From the NCBI GenBank assembly GCA_943349945.1, contig CALQZS010000001.1:130803-194802 (forward strand): 64,000 bases of DNA. Reading direction: 5' to 3'. The notes beneath the pieces were generated by a model that did not search any database, had not been told where the DNA came from, and was given only the letters and a program-made list of their open reading frames with translations. Origin of the DNA: Candidatus Nomurabacteria bacterium (GTDB lineage: Bacteria > Patescibacteriota > Minisyncoccia > Phycocordibacterales > SBAW01). Positions 19,474 through 28,475 of this stretch are shown here, in pieces. Numbering within the stretch: position 1 is the first letter of the stretch; each line of letters starts with the position of its first letter. The translations under genes were made by a program, and so were the position numbers.

Positions 19474-20934
19474 TTATTTTTTAGACAGATACTCCTTTGC
19501 AATTTTTAAATAATTTTCTTTTTTCTTTTTTTCCATCTTATCAAAAAGTCTCGGCATCATCGATAGTCGATGATTACTTGTGAAAAAGTCACGGTGACTA
19601 GCTATGAAATTCCAATACAGTGCAGTCCACTTCTCTTCCCAATCGCCACCAGTATAATCTGACATTTTTTTAATGTAATTGCTACCCGAGATATATGGTT
19701 TGGTAGCAAAAATACCACCATCAGCGAACTGACTCATCCCATATACATTTGGTACCATTACCCAATCATACGCATCAACATACATTGCCATAAACCATTG
19801 ATACACATAATCGGGATTAACCTGAGAAAGCAACATAAAGTTACCGATAACCATCAATCGTTCGATATGATGATTGTATCCATAGTGCAGAGCTTTCTTG
19901 ATAGCGCTGTCGACCGGAGCAATACCAGTATCTCCAGTCCAAAATCCTATTGGCAAGTTGCGGGAATGTTTCCAAAAATTCTTCGTGCGCATGACGGCAC
20001 CATCACACTCATAGGAAGCGCGCATAAACTCACGCCACCCAATGATCTGTCGTACAAAACCTTCGAGTGAATTTATAGGTATAGCGTGAGTATCTGCATA
20101 TACTATTGCACTATCGATTACCTGCCTTGGGTCGAGCAATCCAATATTTATGAGAGCTGACAATGTAGAATGAAAAAGCCGTACGCTTTTCGTAGAAAGC
20201 GCGTCCTCATACACACCAAAATCTGCAAAGCGGTCTTCTAAAAATACCTGCAAAAATTTTTTGGCATCCTTGTGTGTATATGGTAGCCAGCAGGCTATCT
20301 CTCCATATTTTTCAGCTTGTATTGTATCGAGCCACTTCTTCATTTTTGATACATCAAAATCATTTTCAAAAACAGTATCCTTGGGGAGAGTTGTATCTCG
20401 AGCAAGTTTTTTTCGATTGTCTGCATCAAAGCTCCACGCTCCCCATCTGGGCTTTCCATGTCCGTCCATCAAGATACCCAAGTCCACTCGAATTTTCTTG
20501 TAGAACATCGCCATATTTTTCTTTGAGCTTTTGTATCTTGCTATTGATTCCTCCTTTGGCAAAATAAAAAGTGGTGACTCATACCAAACCCGCTTTATCT
20601 TGGAAGCTGTTATAGCCCGCTCCAAATAGAAGTCAGTAGTATCGACAATATGAAGTTCTTGTATCCCTTCTTTTTTTAAATAATCAAAAATATCTTTCGT
20701 CTTCGGATACTGTTCAATCGTCAGGCATTTTACTTTGTACCCCTCTTTTTTCAAAAGCTCTGCATATGCGCCCATACTTAATTTGTGCAAAATTAGCTTT
20801 TGATAATGAATGGGGTTGTGCGACAGAATCAAGGGCTCTTCAATCAAAAAAATAATCCGTGCTTTTTGTATAGCCGGTGATTTTATAAAAAGTTGATGAG
20901 GATAGACCAATGTTGCTTCTTTCATAGTATTCAT
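19474..20934 (-). CDS. cryptochrome/photolyase-related protein (COG3046-like)
   Basis: 486 aa. N-terminal alpha/beta region plus a C-terminal FAD-binding-7-like region (GWREFMRASY..., W-rich). Family call by overall resemblance. Confidence 0.65.
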   Translation of the reverse strand: MNTMKEATLVYPHQLFIKSPAIQKARIIFLIEEPLILSHNPIHYQKLILHKLSMGAYAELLKKEGYKVKCLTIEQYPKTKDIFDYLKKEGIQELHIVDTTDFYLERAITASKIKRVWYESPLFILPKEESIARYKSSKKNMAMFYKKIRVDLGILMDGHGKPRWGAWSFDADNRKKLARDTTLPKDTVFENDFDVSKMKKWLDTIQAEKYGEIACWLPYTHKDAKKFLQVFLEDRFADFGVYEDALSTKSVRLFHSTLSALINIGLLDPRQVIDSAIVYADTHAIPINSLEGFVRQIIGWREFMRASYECDGAVMRTKNFWKHSRNLPIGFWTGDTGIAPVDSAIKKALHYGYNHHIERLMVIGNFMLLSQVNPDYVYQWFMAMYVDAYDWVMVPNVYGMSQFADGGIFATKPYISGSNYIKKMSDYTGGDWEEKWTALYWNFIASHRDFFTSNHRLSMMPRLFDKMEKKKKENYLKIAKEYLSKK

Positions 20935-20937
20935 CTA

Positions 20938-21204
20938 TCAGGTTGATAGTATTAAAATCAAAATAGCGAAGTATACGATCAGATAAAAACGATAGAAATT
21001 AATCACCCGCAACTCTGCACTCTTCGTGCGCTGATGAAAGCCAAAAAGCACTTTGATCTCCTCCCAAAAAACGGGCTTTACATTAATCCACCAGCTATCA
21101 GTTTGATAGACCATCTTCCTAAATCGACTGCGAAACAATCCCAAAGGAAAACTCCAGATAAAAAACGCAACGATGGCAATCGTGTGTATGGTTATAGTAT
21201 CCAT
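20938..21204 (-). CDS. small 2-TM membrane protein
   Basis: 88 aa, translationally coupled downstream of the photolyase-like gene. Confidence 0.4.
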   Translation of the reverse strand: MDTITIHTIAIVAFFIWSFPLGLFRSRFRKMVYQTDSWWINVKPVFWEEIKVLFGFHQRTKSAELRVINFYRFYLIVYFAILILILST

Positions 21205-21325
21205 TTATGCCTCTTCAGTCCTTACTTCTATTATAAACTTTATTCTCTCAAGAGCTACCATTCCCTCCCCCTCCTTTTTGCGAACCTCGACCTTCAGGGG
21301 CAAAAGATACTTTGGCCATAAATTT

Positions 21326-22225
21326 TTACTCCACCGGACAGGTGTTTTTGCCCATCGCGGCGTAGAACCCACACCAGCTAAATATTGCTTCAAAGAATGC
21401 AAGGCCGGAGAAGAAGATGAGGATGGGGCTCCAGGTGGTGGTGATGGCCCATAGGAGCAATGCAATGCCAATGGCGAGGCGGACGAGTCGGTCGGACTTG
21501 CCGATATTTTTAGCAACTCCACGCACAGAGTTTTTAGCAACCTTTTTCAAAATCGCGCGGTAGACGAAGCCCACGATGAACGCAAGAATATATATAATGA
21601 CAATCAGTCCCCACCCAAAGGGCGAGAGGATAAAGCCGATTGGCGATTCGTTAAAAAAATCCTTTTTAATCTGCGGGATGAGCGTGAGTGCGTTTAAGCC
21701 TTCTTTGCCGTCAAACTTCTCTATCTCACCGATGGCGAGCGAGTACTTGCTGTCGTTGTTGGGGCTTGTCACACGGATCTCGTAGATGCCTACATCAGCA
21801 CGCGCTTTATACTCTGGTCCTTGCCAGTAGGTGTCGTAGCCAAATGGTTCAAAAAACTGTTTCCATGCAAATGTCGCGCCATCGAGCACGGCGATTTGCT
21901 TGCCGTCTTTTAGTACCACAGCGGAGACATCTTTCTTTTGCCCTGCAATGTCTGGCACCAAGACTCCGACATACAGATTAAACGCTTGCTTCGCATCTAT
22001 AGTATATACATCCGGCTCGCCCATGAGCTTGCCATAATATGCTTTGGAAACTTCGGGGTCAGTAACTGATGTAAGTCTATCCTCTGTAATTCGAGGCTGA
22101 TGTGCGGAAGCCAAGCTCGGAGTCAACGTAAATATAGAGACAAACAACGCAAGCAGCGTGAGTGATAGTAGTTTGGAATTTATGTTATATCCGAAAACGT
22201 TCAAGATGCACCTAGTATACAGCAC
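21326..22225 (-). CDS. exported protein with C-terminal DUF2892-like (YgaP-like) membrane domain
   Basis: Signal peptide, then C-terminus ...LLWAITTTWSPILIFFSGLAFFEAIFSWCGFYAAMGKNTCP. Confidence 0.5.
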   Translation of the reverse strand: MLYTRCILNVFGYNINSKLLSLTLLALFVSIFTLTPSLASAHQPRITEDRLTSVTDPEVSKAYYGKLMGEPDVYTIDAKQAFNLYVGVLVPDIAGQKKDVSAVVLKDGKQIAVLDGATFAWKQFFEPFGYDTYWQGPEYKARADVGIYEIRVTSPNNDSKYSLAIGEIEKFDGKEGLNALTLIPQIKKDFFNESPIGFILSPFGWGLIVIIYILAFIVGFVYRAILKKVAKNSVRGVAKNIGKSDRLVRLAIGIALLLWAITTTWSPILIFFSGLAFFEAIFSWCGFYAAMGKNTCPVE

Positions 22226-22230
22226 CTAGT

Positions 22231-22599
22231 CTAGAAGTAAGGGATGAGTAAACTAAGTCCCTTCCCCATCAGAAAGCTGTATATCAGCAACCCAATGAAC
22301 GGTAGAGGCACCAGCCATAAAAACCATCTTGGATGGTCAGGTTTTTTTGAAAAAACCATGTACCAATTCAACGCAAATATAAGAGGTGTACAAATTGACA
22401 AGAGAGCACTTGTACCAAAACCGAGCAGTCCAAACACTTCCCCACTACTCCATACGAAAGAGTCGTCCTGCACAATAAACAAAAAGGCTACGCTCGACCA
22501 AACAACAGCTATTAGAAACACCTTTACTAAAAGCGCTTCGTAAATTCCAATAGCAGCCAAAACTATTTTTACAGGCGTGTTGATGGTGAATCTATGCAT
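22231..22599 (-). CDS. hypothetical membrane protein
   Basis: Start trimmed to MHRF because the upstream part of the ORF overlaps a tRNA gene. Confidence 0.45.
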   Translation of the reverse strand: MHRFTINTPVKIVLAAIGIYEALLVKVFLIAVVWSSVAFLFIVQDDSFVWSSGEVFGLLGFGTSALLSICTPLIFALNWYMVFSKKPDHPRWFLWLVPLPFIGLLIYSFLMGKGLSLLIPYF

Positions 22600-22625
22600 G
22601 TAGGTAATTATATACCCATAACCGT

Positions 22626-22715
22626 TGCGGAGAGAGCGAGATTCGAACTCGCGGGCCCAATTAAGGGCCGACAGTTTAGTAAACTGTTGATTTAAACCAC
22701 TCATCCATCTCTCCA
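22626..22715 (-). tRNA. type II (long variable arm) tRNA, Ser-like identity (G73), apparent anticodon ACU
   Basis: Minus-sense fold: GGAGAGA UG GAU gagugguuuaa AUC A ACAGU uuACUaa ACUGU cGGCCCuuaauuGGGCCc GCGAG uucgaau CUCGC UCUCUCC G. All stems are canonical. The 7-nt anticodon loop UUACUAA gives A34-C35-U36. Confidence 0.65.
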
Positions 22716-22926
22716 TATATTCGCACTGCTCAAATGGAGCTGCTCGGCGCAGATCGATGGAATCGTGGTCGGCACATGGTGCCGGCTTGAGAAGAAGCAG
22801 TTCTTCTCTTCGCCCATCTCATCCATCTCTCCTTGCCCTTGAGGATACTACAGTATATAGAGGAGCTCAATTAAAGCCTTTTTGAGCGTGTAAAGTAGCC
22901 CCTATTATGGTACTGTGGCGTGTATT

Positions 22927-23011
22927 GGAGACGTGTCAGAGTGGTCGAATGTGCCTCCTTGCTAAGGAGGTAGGGCGCAAGCCCTCGTGGGTTCGAATCC
23001 CACCGTCTCCG
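22927..23011 (+). tRNA. tRNA-Ser(GCU)
   Basis: GGAGACG...CCUCC uuGCUaa GGAGG, long variable arm GGGCgcaaGCCC, T-arm GUGGG uucgaau CCCAC, acceptor CGUCUCC, discriminator G. Confidence 0.9.
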
Positions 23012-23052
23012 CAAAGCTAAATTTTGATATATTCTCCTATCTAAATTTTGCT

Positions 23053-23167
23053 TATGTGTGAACGGGAGAGGGATTCGAAGGACGGAAGAAAAGCTCTGGG
23101 AGAGCTTTTCTGAGTCGGGGTCGCGAGATTTTTCAGCAGAAAAATACTTGTGACCGAATCCCACTGT
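23053..23167. repeat. tRNA 3'-end-like fragments
   Basis: GTGACCGAATCCCACTGTCCACA (23143..23167) resembles the tRNA-Ser(GCU) 3' end GTGGGTTCGAATCCCACCGTCTCCGCA. gggagagggattcgaaggacgg (23053..23078) resembles a tRNA T-arm/acceptor in reverse orientation. Confidence 0.35.
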
Positions 23168-23298
23168 CCACAAATACTACGCGGCGTAGAATTGAGTCGA
23201 AGCCGAATCGTTTTAATCGTCTCCGCTTAGTTTTTTGTAGTGTTCTACTGTAGAGCATTTTATGTGGTATAAACAAGCCATATCATTAATTTTTTAAT

Positions 23299-23931
23299 AT
23301 GTCTCGACAAACGATATTAATATTAGTCCTTATTGTTTTGGTGGTTGGCGTAAGCGGGTATTGGTATTTTAGTCACCAAAGCAAGGTTACCGACGTACCT
23401 ACAGAGGTGGTTGCAACGACAAATACTACCCATGTAGAAGAAGTAAAGGTGGAAAATAATCGAAAAAGTGCCGTAACGTCTAATGGTTTGGAATTTGACC
23501 CGGCTAAGGTACAGCCCGGGGAAAAATTCGGTGCGTTTACAGTTATTGCTTCGAGCGCTTATACGATTGGCGATGAACACTCTTACTCAGTAAGTTTCAA
23601 AGGACCTGTAAATATCCAGGGTGTATTAAACAATTTTGAGCCTAGTATGTGTGGTGCAGTACTGGAGATTTCTACATCAACTTCCGAAACCTTGCCTAGA
23701 GTGAGCGGTGAAAAGGTGGGGAGCATGAATGTATACCTTGACCTAGATGGTTTGCCAGAGGCAGAGCGTGTTACTTATACGAGCGCCGGTTTTACAACCC
23801 CTTCCGGGCAACTACTCCAAGAGGGTGATGTGTTAGAAGTAACTGTTGATACGTTTTTGGCTTCGCACCAAGGGAAAGATTGTAGCGGCAAGAGGATACA
23901 GGTCACCTCATTTAAGAAGCTTTCTATCTAA
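23299..23931 (+). CDS. hypothetical membrane-anchored/exported protein
   Basis: N-terminal TM ILILVLIVLVVGVSGYWYF. No recognised family. Confidence 0.5.
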   Translation: MSRQTILILVLIVLVVGVSGYWYFSHQSKVTDVPTEVVATTNTTHVEEVKVENNRKSAVTSNGLEFDPAKVQPGEKFGAFTVIASSAYTIGDEHSYSVSFKGPVNIQGVLNNFEPSMCGAVLEISTSTSETLPRVSGEKVGSMNVYLDLDGLPEAERVTYTSAGFTTPSGQLLQEGDVLEVTVDTFLASHQGKDCSGKRIQVTSFKKLSI

Positions 23932-24075
23932 CTGCGCAGCAAAATAGAAAACTTCGCCTCAGTACATATTTGTGACCGAGTCTCACTCTCTCTCCGCCAT
24001 ACATATACAACTTTTTTAAGAGTTGATATCCGCATTGACAATATCAACTAAACAGTATAAACTGTTGACATTCAT

Positions 24076-25257
24076 ATGAGCAACATCAATAGACCAAAAA
24101 TAGGTCGCTACGTAGCCCAAAAAGAGGGGTTCAAATCCTTCACCCCTTATGACTTTCCACCCAAGGAAGGCTTTGTTATTAGTCCTAAATTGTATAAAAA
24201 ACTTGAGGATGCGATTCGACTAGTCGGCAAGCTTGACGGTATCACTCGCCTGCTACCCGACAAAGACTTCTTTCTTCTTATGTTCATCAAAAAGGACGCC
24301 GCCTATTCAAGTCAAATAGAAGGCACCAAAGCTACCCTACAGGATGCCGTGGCGGCACCAGTTACAGAAGAAAAATCACGTCGACATCCTGATGTAGATG
24401 ACATAGTCCATTATGTTGAGGCCGTAAACTATGGCATCAAACGAAGCGAGACACTCCCTATTTCTCTGCGGTTAGTACGAGAGATACACGAGAAGTTAAT
24501 GACAGGTGCACGCGCCACACAACATGCCTATCCTGGCGAATTTAGACGTTCCCAAAATTGGATTGGGGGTAAAATTCCTCAAGATGCCTCCTTTGTGCCA
24601 CCTGCGCCGCACGATATGGACAAATCACTGGATGATTTGGAAAAATTCATCCATGCAAAAGATGATTACCCCTCACTTATAAAAGCGGGTCTTTTGCATG
24701 CCCAATTCGAAACAATTCACCCATTTACAGACGGCAACGGACGTACAGGACGCATGCTTATTGCTATGTACATGCACCACACAAAACTTCTTGAATTACC
24801 TATATTGTATCTATCTAGTTACTTCAAAAAGTATCAAAAACTCTACTACCAAAAGCTTCAGAATTACCATGAGGAAGATTCCGATATAGAAGGTTGGCTA
24901 GAGTTCTTTCTTGAAGGTGTTGCTGAAATTGCTGAATCTTCAATCGAAACCTGTACTAATATCACAGCCCTTCGAGACCGAGACTTTGCGAAAATGCAAA
25001 AACTTGGCAAACAGTCTGCTGAATCAACACTCGAAGTGGTGCGCAAACTCTTCAGCCAACCAATAGTCGGGGTTGCAGAAATAATAAATTGGACTGGGTT
25101 TAGCCCACAAGGGGCGTACAACATGATTGAGCGACTTAAAGCTCTAGGAATTCTAGAGCCTCTTGGTGATGCAGAATATGGACAAAAATACATCTATGCA
25201 GACTACTACAGGCTCTTTGATGATACTTTTAATACAACAAAAGTAAGCAAAAAATAG
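24076..25257 (+). CDS. Fic family protein (AMPylase-type, with auto-inhibitory motif and C-terminal wHTH-like region)
   Basis: Fic motif HPFTDGNGRTGR. Upstream S/TxxxEG-type inhibitory motif (YSSQIEGT). 393 aa. Confidence 0.85.
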   Translation: MSNINRPKIGRYVAQKEGFKSFTPYDFPPKEGFVISPKLYKKLEDAIRLVGKLDGITRLLPDKDFFLLMFIKKDAAYSSQIEGTKATLQDAVAAPVTEEKSRRHPDVDDIVHYVEAVNYGIKRSETLPISLRLVREIHEKLMTGARATQHAYPGEFRRSQNWIGGKIPQDASFVPPAPHDMDKSLDDLEKFIHAKDDYPSLIKAGLLHAQFETIHPFTDGNGRTGRMLIAMYMHHTKLLELPILYLSSYFKKYQKLYYQKLQNYHEEDSDIEGWLEFFLEGVAEIAESSIETCTNITALRDRDFAKMQKLGKQSAESTLEVVRKLFSQPIVGVAEIINWTGFSPQGAYNMIERLKALGILEPLGDAEYGQKYIYADYYRLFDDTFNTTKVSKK

Positions 25258-25258
25258 T

Positions 25259-25828
25259 ATGAAAAAACTCATCCTCGCTTCTACATCACCCCGACGCAAG
25301 GAGGTGCTCGAGAAAACAGGCCTATCGTTTGAGATTGTGCCAAGCGACTACGAAGAAGACATGACCCTCGACATGCCGCCCGAGGAGTTGGCCGAGTATC
25401 TTTCGGCTGGCAAGGCGCGGGCCGTTGCGGCCAAAAACCCAGGAGCCGTAGTTATTGCGGCCGACACCTTTGTAGTGCACGAGCATCATCGCCTGGGCAA
25501 GCCACACACCAACGAGCGCGCAAAAGAGATGCTAGAGATGCTCAGCGGCAAAGCACACTATATAGTAACCGGTGTGACTATTGTCGCTGGCGACCAAGTG
25601 TGCTCCTTCCACGAAAAGACTTCGGTGCACATGGCAGAGTTGTCGGAAGCGTTAATAGAGCAATATATAGCCACCGGCGAGCCACTCGACAAAGCTGGCG
25701 CCTATGCGCTGCAAGAGCTGGGCGCTATGCTTATAGAAAAAACAGAGGGTGACTTTTTTAATGCCATGGGCCTGCCGCTCCGCCGGCTTGTGCACGAGCT
25801 CCGGGCCTTTGGGGTGGAGGTTTTGTAA
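25259..25828 (+). CDS. maf: Maf-like nucleoside triphosphate pyrophosphatase
   Basis: MKKLILASTSPRRKEVL...AADT... Confidence 0.85.
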   Translation: MKKLILASTSPRRKEVLEKTGLSFEIVPSDYEEDMTLDMPPEELAEYLSAGKARAVAAKNPGAVVIAADTFVVHEHHRLGKPHTNERAKEMLEMLSGKAHYIVTGVTIVAGDQVCSFHEKTSVHMAELSEALIEQYIATGEPLDKAGAYALQELGAMLIEKTEGDFFNAMGLPLRRLVHELRAFGVEVL

Positions 25829-25927
25829 GACAGAACATAACCTCTTGCGGTACTTATAATGCATGGTACTGTATCGCCAGTAGCCGTGCGTATTCCATTA
25901 CCCACAAAAGTTGGAGAGGAACGATCC

Positions 25928-26149
25928 ATGAACAGCGCGCACATCTCCGGCTCGCAACACACTCCTACGACAGTAGGCGGGGGCACGCTCCACGACATCG
26001 CCGAGGACACGGTCTCATCTACCAACGACCCTTCCTTATTTCCTCGGTCTGTAACAGGCTCCACCTTCACCTGCGACCATGGAAATTGCGGGTGCATGGT
26101 GCAAATCGTGTTCAGGACGGTCACCCGAAACAACCCCTTCGACAACTGA
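25928..26149 (+). CDS. small hypothetical Cys-containing protein (73 aa)
   Basis: RBS ggagaggaa 6 nt before ATG, followed by an intrinsic terminator. Contains TCDHGNCGCM. Confidence 0.4.
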   Translation: MNSAHISGSQHTPTTVGGGTLHDIAEDTVSSTNDPSLFPRSVTGSTFTCDHGNCGCMVQIVFRTVTRNNPFDN

Positions 26150-26153
26150 CCCA

Positions 26154-26187
26154 CCGCCGGCCCACAAGCCGGCGTTTCTTTTTTTGT
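26154..26187 (+). terminator. intrinsic terminator
   Basis: ccgccggc ccacaa gccggcg tttctttttttg. Confidence 0.7.
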
Positions 26188-26188
26188 A

Positions 26189-27643
26189 TTAAAACTCGAT
26201 CTTTCTATATTCAGGTTTAAACGCACACCCTGCACATGCCACGTCGGACACAGCAGCACCTTGCGCAATCGCCTCGCCCAACCAGCCGGTAAGCCGCGTC
26301 GTGTCTTCCGTATAGTCACTCGAGCGCAACACAATAACCGCCACTCTGTGTTTTTCTGGCCCGTTTGATACGGTAAATACCGACACCATGGTCTCGCCTG
26401 CCGCAGTCGTCTGCCCCACCTTGCCGCCCACAAAGCTTTTTTCGCCCGAAAAGATATTGAGGTTTTGGAGCGCATATACCGCGCCATCGTTTGCTTTAAT
26501 CGTCTTGGCCGGAGCGCGCGTAATATCCCACACAAACGACTTTTTATTTGCCAAGTACATAGCTAAACGAAACAGATCGTCGGGAGTTGATTTGTTGTAT
26601 GGCGACATGCCGCTTGGGTCGGCAAACTGGGTCGCAGTCATCCCCAGTGCCTCTGCGGTAGTATTCATCCATTCTACAAAACCCTTCGTACCATAAAAAC
26701 TGGCCAACATGTCGGCCACGTGGTTGTTAGACTCCATCAAAAGTGGGTACAGCAAGTCGCCGATAAAAAATCTTTTCTGCTCTGTACTGCTTGCAAGCGC
26801 GCGCGACAGCTCCCCTTCCCGCACGGGCACCTCCTTTTCAAAACTGATTATCTCGCTGGCCACCAGTGCGGTCATGAGCTTGGCTACAGACGCCACAGGC
26901 ATCTCTCGGTCTGCGTTGCGCTCGAGGTACACATCGCCGGAGTCTATGTCGGCCACCAAGTAGGCTTCGGCCGAAACAAGCGGCGCTTCCAACTGTGCCA
27001 ACACCCACGGCGTAGTAGACGCCGCCCCATGCGCATCATAGACAAACAATCCCGTACCCTTGTCGGCAAAAGCAAAAATCTCTTGTGCATCTTCGGTCGA
27101 GAGCCGTATGCACCCACCCGAGAATGTCGAGGCCACCGGCGTGCCGTCTGGATAGGTTGGCCACCCATGGATAAAGTAGTTGCCATAAAACTGCATGCTG
27201 TAGGGCATGTTGACGCTCCCTATGGTCGAGAAGTGATTCTCTTCTTTTGTTTGTACCGAATAAAATCCGCTTGGCGTCTCCCACGGCGTCCCCGGCTTGC
27301 CTTTGGTCAAAATGGGGTACGTGGCGGTGGTGGTGCCATTTTCATACAAAGACACCTGCATAGCATCCAGGTCGGCGACCACAAACTTGCCTGTGTGCGG
27401 CACCACCTGTGCAATAGACAGCGCGTTAATTACCCGCTTGGGTGTGCGCGGCGTTATTACGGGTGTGGACGTCGCAAGCGGCACTTCCGCAACAGTCGCC
27501 ACAGATTGTGTGTTTGGCCATGTTTGCAAGTACAGCAGCCCCGCACGCCCACCCAACCCCACCACAAGCACTAGCGCCACAAAAATACCCACAAAGTACA
27601 AACCTCGCTTGTCGACTGCATGCTCTATACCACCGTACTCCAT
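26189..27643 (-). CDS. fusion protein: L,D-transpeptidase (YkuD) domain plus serine-type D-Ala-D-Ala carboxypeptidase (S11/PBP5-like) domain
   Basis: N-terminal TM. YkuD catalytic block HGWPTYPDGTPVASTFSGGCIRL. Then SxxK (ASVAKLMT), with SNN/KTG-like motifs downstream. Confidence 0.7.
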   Translation of the reverse strand: MEYGGIEHAVDKRGLYFVGIFVALVLVVGLGGRAGLLYLQTWPNTQSVATVAEVPLATSTPVITPRTPKRVINALSIAQVVPHTGKFVVADLDAMQVSLYENGTTTATYPILTKGKPGTPWETPSGFYSVQTKEENHFSTIGSVNMPYSMQFYGNYFIHGWPTYPDGTPVASTFSGGCIRLSTEDAQEIFAFADKGTGLFVYDAHGAASTTPWVLAQLEAPLVSAEAYLVADIDSGDVYLERNADREMPVASVAKLMTALVASEIISFEKEVPVREGELSRALASSTEQKRFFIGDLLYPLLMESNNHVADMLASFYGTKGFVEWMNTTAEALGMTATQFADPSGMSPYNKSTPDDLFRLAMYLANKKSFVWDITRAPAKTIKANDGAVYALQNLNIFSGEKSFVGGKVGQTTAAGETMVSVFTVSNGPEKHRVAVIVLRSSDYTEDTTRLTGWLGEAIAQGAAVSDVACAGCAFKPEYRKIEF

Positions 27644-27644
27644 A

Positions 27645-28472
27645 CTATATATGTGGCTGCAGCACAGGCACCAAAGCGCCCTCTGGGGTTATGTCGTAGG
27701 TGATGCCCAACGGGTCTTGCGGCAGCTCGCGCAACACACCCGCCCGCACCAAGTCTTCTAGAGTACTTGGGTACGCCCCCACAGCGCTGTGGTATTGCTC
27801 GACCGCCTGCTCCAGCATGCTGCGCAGCTCTATATGCAGCACATTATGTAGCGCCTGGGCGCGCACCACCTCGTCGGCAGAGTTTTCATAAATAGCTATC
27901 CAGATTTGTTTTGTCTCTTCTCGGATGTCACCCCGCAACCCATAGTTGTGCGCAGACAGTTTGATACCCTCGGGCACGCCCGGGGTGTTTGCAGCGATGT
28001 TCATATACAGTGCTGCATTTGTTGAGTCTTTGAGCGCCAGATGGTACGCAGTGGCTACGTAGTATGGTATGCGCCAGTCGCCCAAGTTTTGTGCGACTCC
28101 TTGCCGGCCAATGGCTATGGCGCGCTCTGTTGCCTCTTGGTCGTTGTGCGGCGCCATCAAAGTTACAAAAGCATACAGGTAGCTAAACTGCGGGTCCAGA
28201 GCCACCATGGCCGCTATGCGCATGGCCGCACTGTCGAGCGCCGCGCCGCCTGTGCCGCCTATGTCTTGTATGAGCCCGAGCCAAAGCAGCGACGCCATAG
28301 CCGAAGACAAACCCAGCGTAGCGCCACGCAACACCGGGGCCGGGAGTGGCTGGTGCGGTTGGTATGGCACCGACGTTTGGTATTTGTCGTGTACCAGCTG
28401 CACAGCAGCCACCGCACACAAGAGTGCCACCAGCACTGCGCCGCATATGGTTTGTATATGCCACTTTGCCAT
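27645..28472 (-). CDS. hypothetical exported/membrane protein
   Basis: N-terminal TM. 275 aa. Confidence 0.5.
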   Translation of the reverse strand: MAKWHIQTICGAVLVALLCAVAAVQLVHDKYQTSVPYQPHQPLPAPVLRGATLGLSSAMASLLWLGLIQDIGGTGGAALDSAAMRIAAMVALDPQFSYLYAFVTLMAPHNDQEATERAIAIGRQGVAQNLGDWRIPYYVATAYHLALKDSTNAALYMNIAANTPGVPEGIKLSAHNYGLRGDIREETKQIWIAIYENSADEVVRAQALHNVLHIELRSMLEQAVEQYHSAVGAYPSTLEDLVRAGVLRELPQDPLGITYDITPEGALVPVLQPHI

Positions 28473-28475
28473 AGG

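Noticed and set aside
22871-23173. 100-aa minus-strand ORF
   Set aside because: Overlaps the tRNA-Ser(GCU) gene and the tRNA-fragment region.
25702-26535. 277-aa minus-strand ORF spanning the maf / LDT intergenic region
   Set aside because: Arg-rich low-complexity translation. It crosses a terminator and overlaps two supported genes.
26720-27574. 284-aa plus-strand ORF
   Set aside because: Antisense to the L,D-transpeptidase/carboxypeptidase gene. Typical high-GC antisense ORF, His/Arg-rich.
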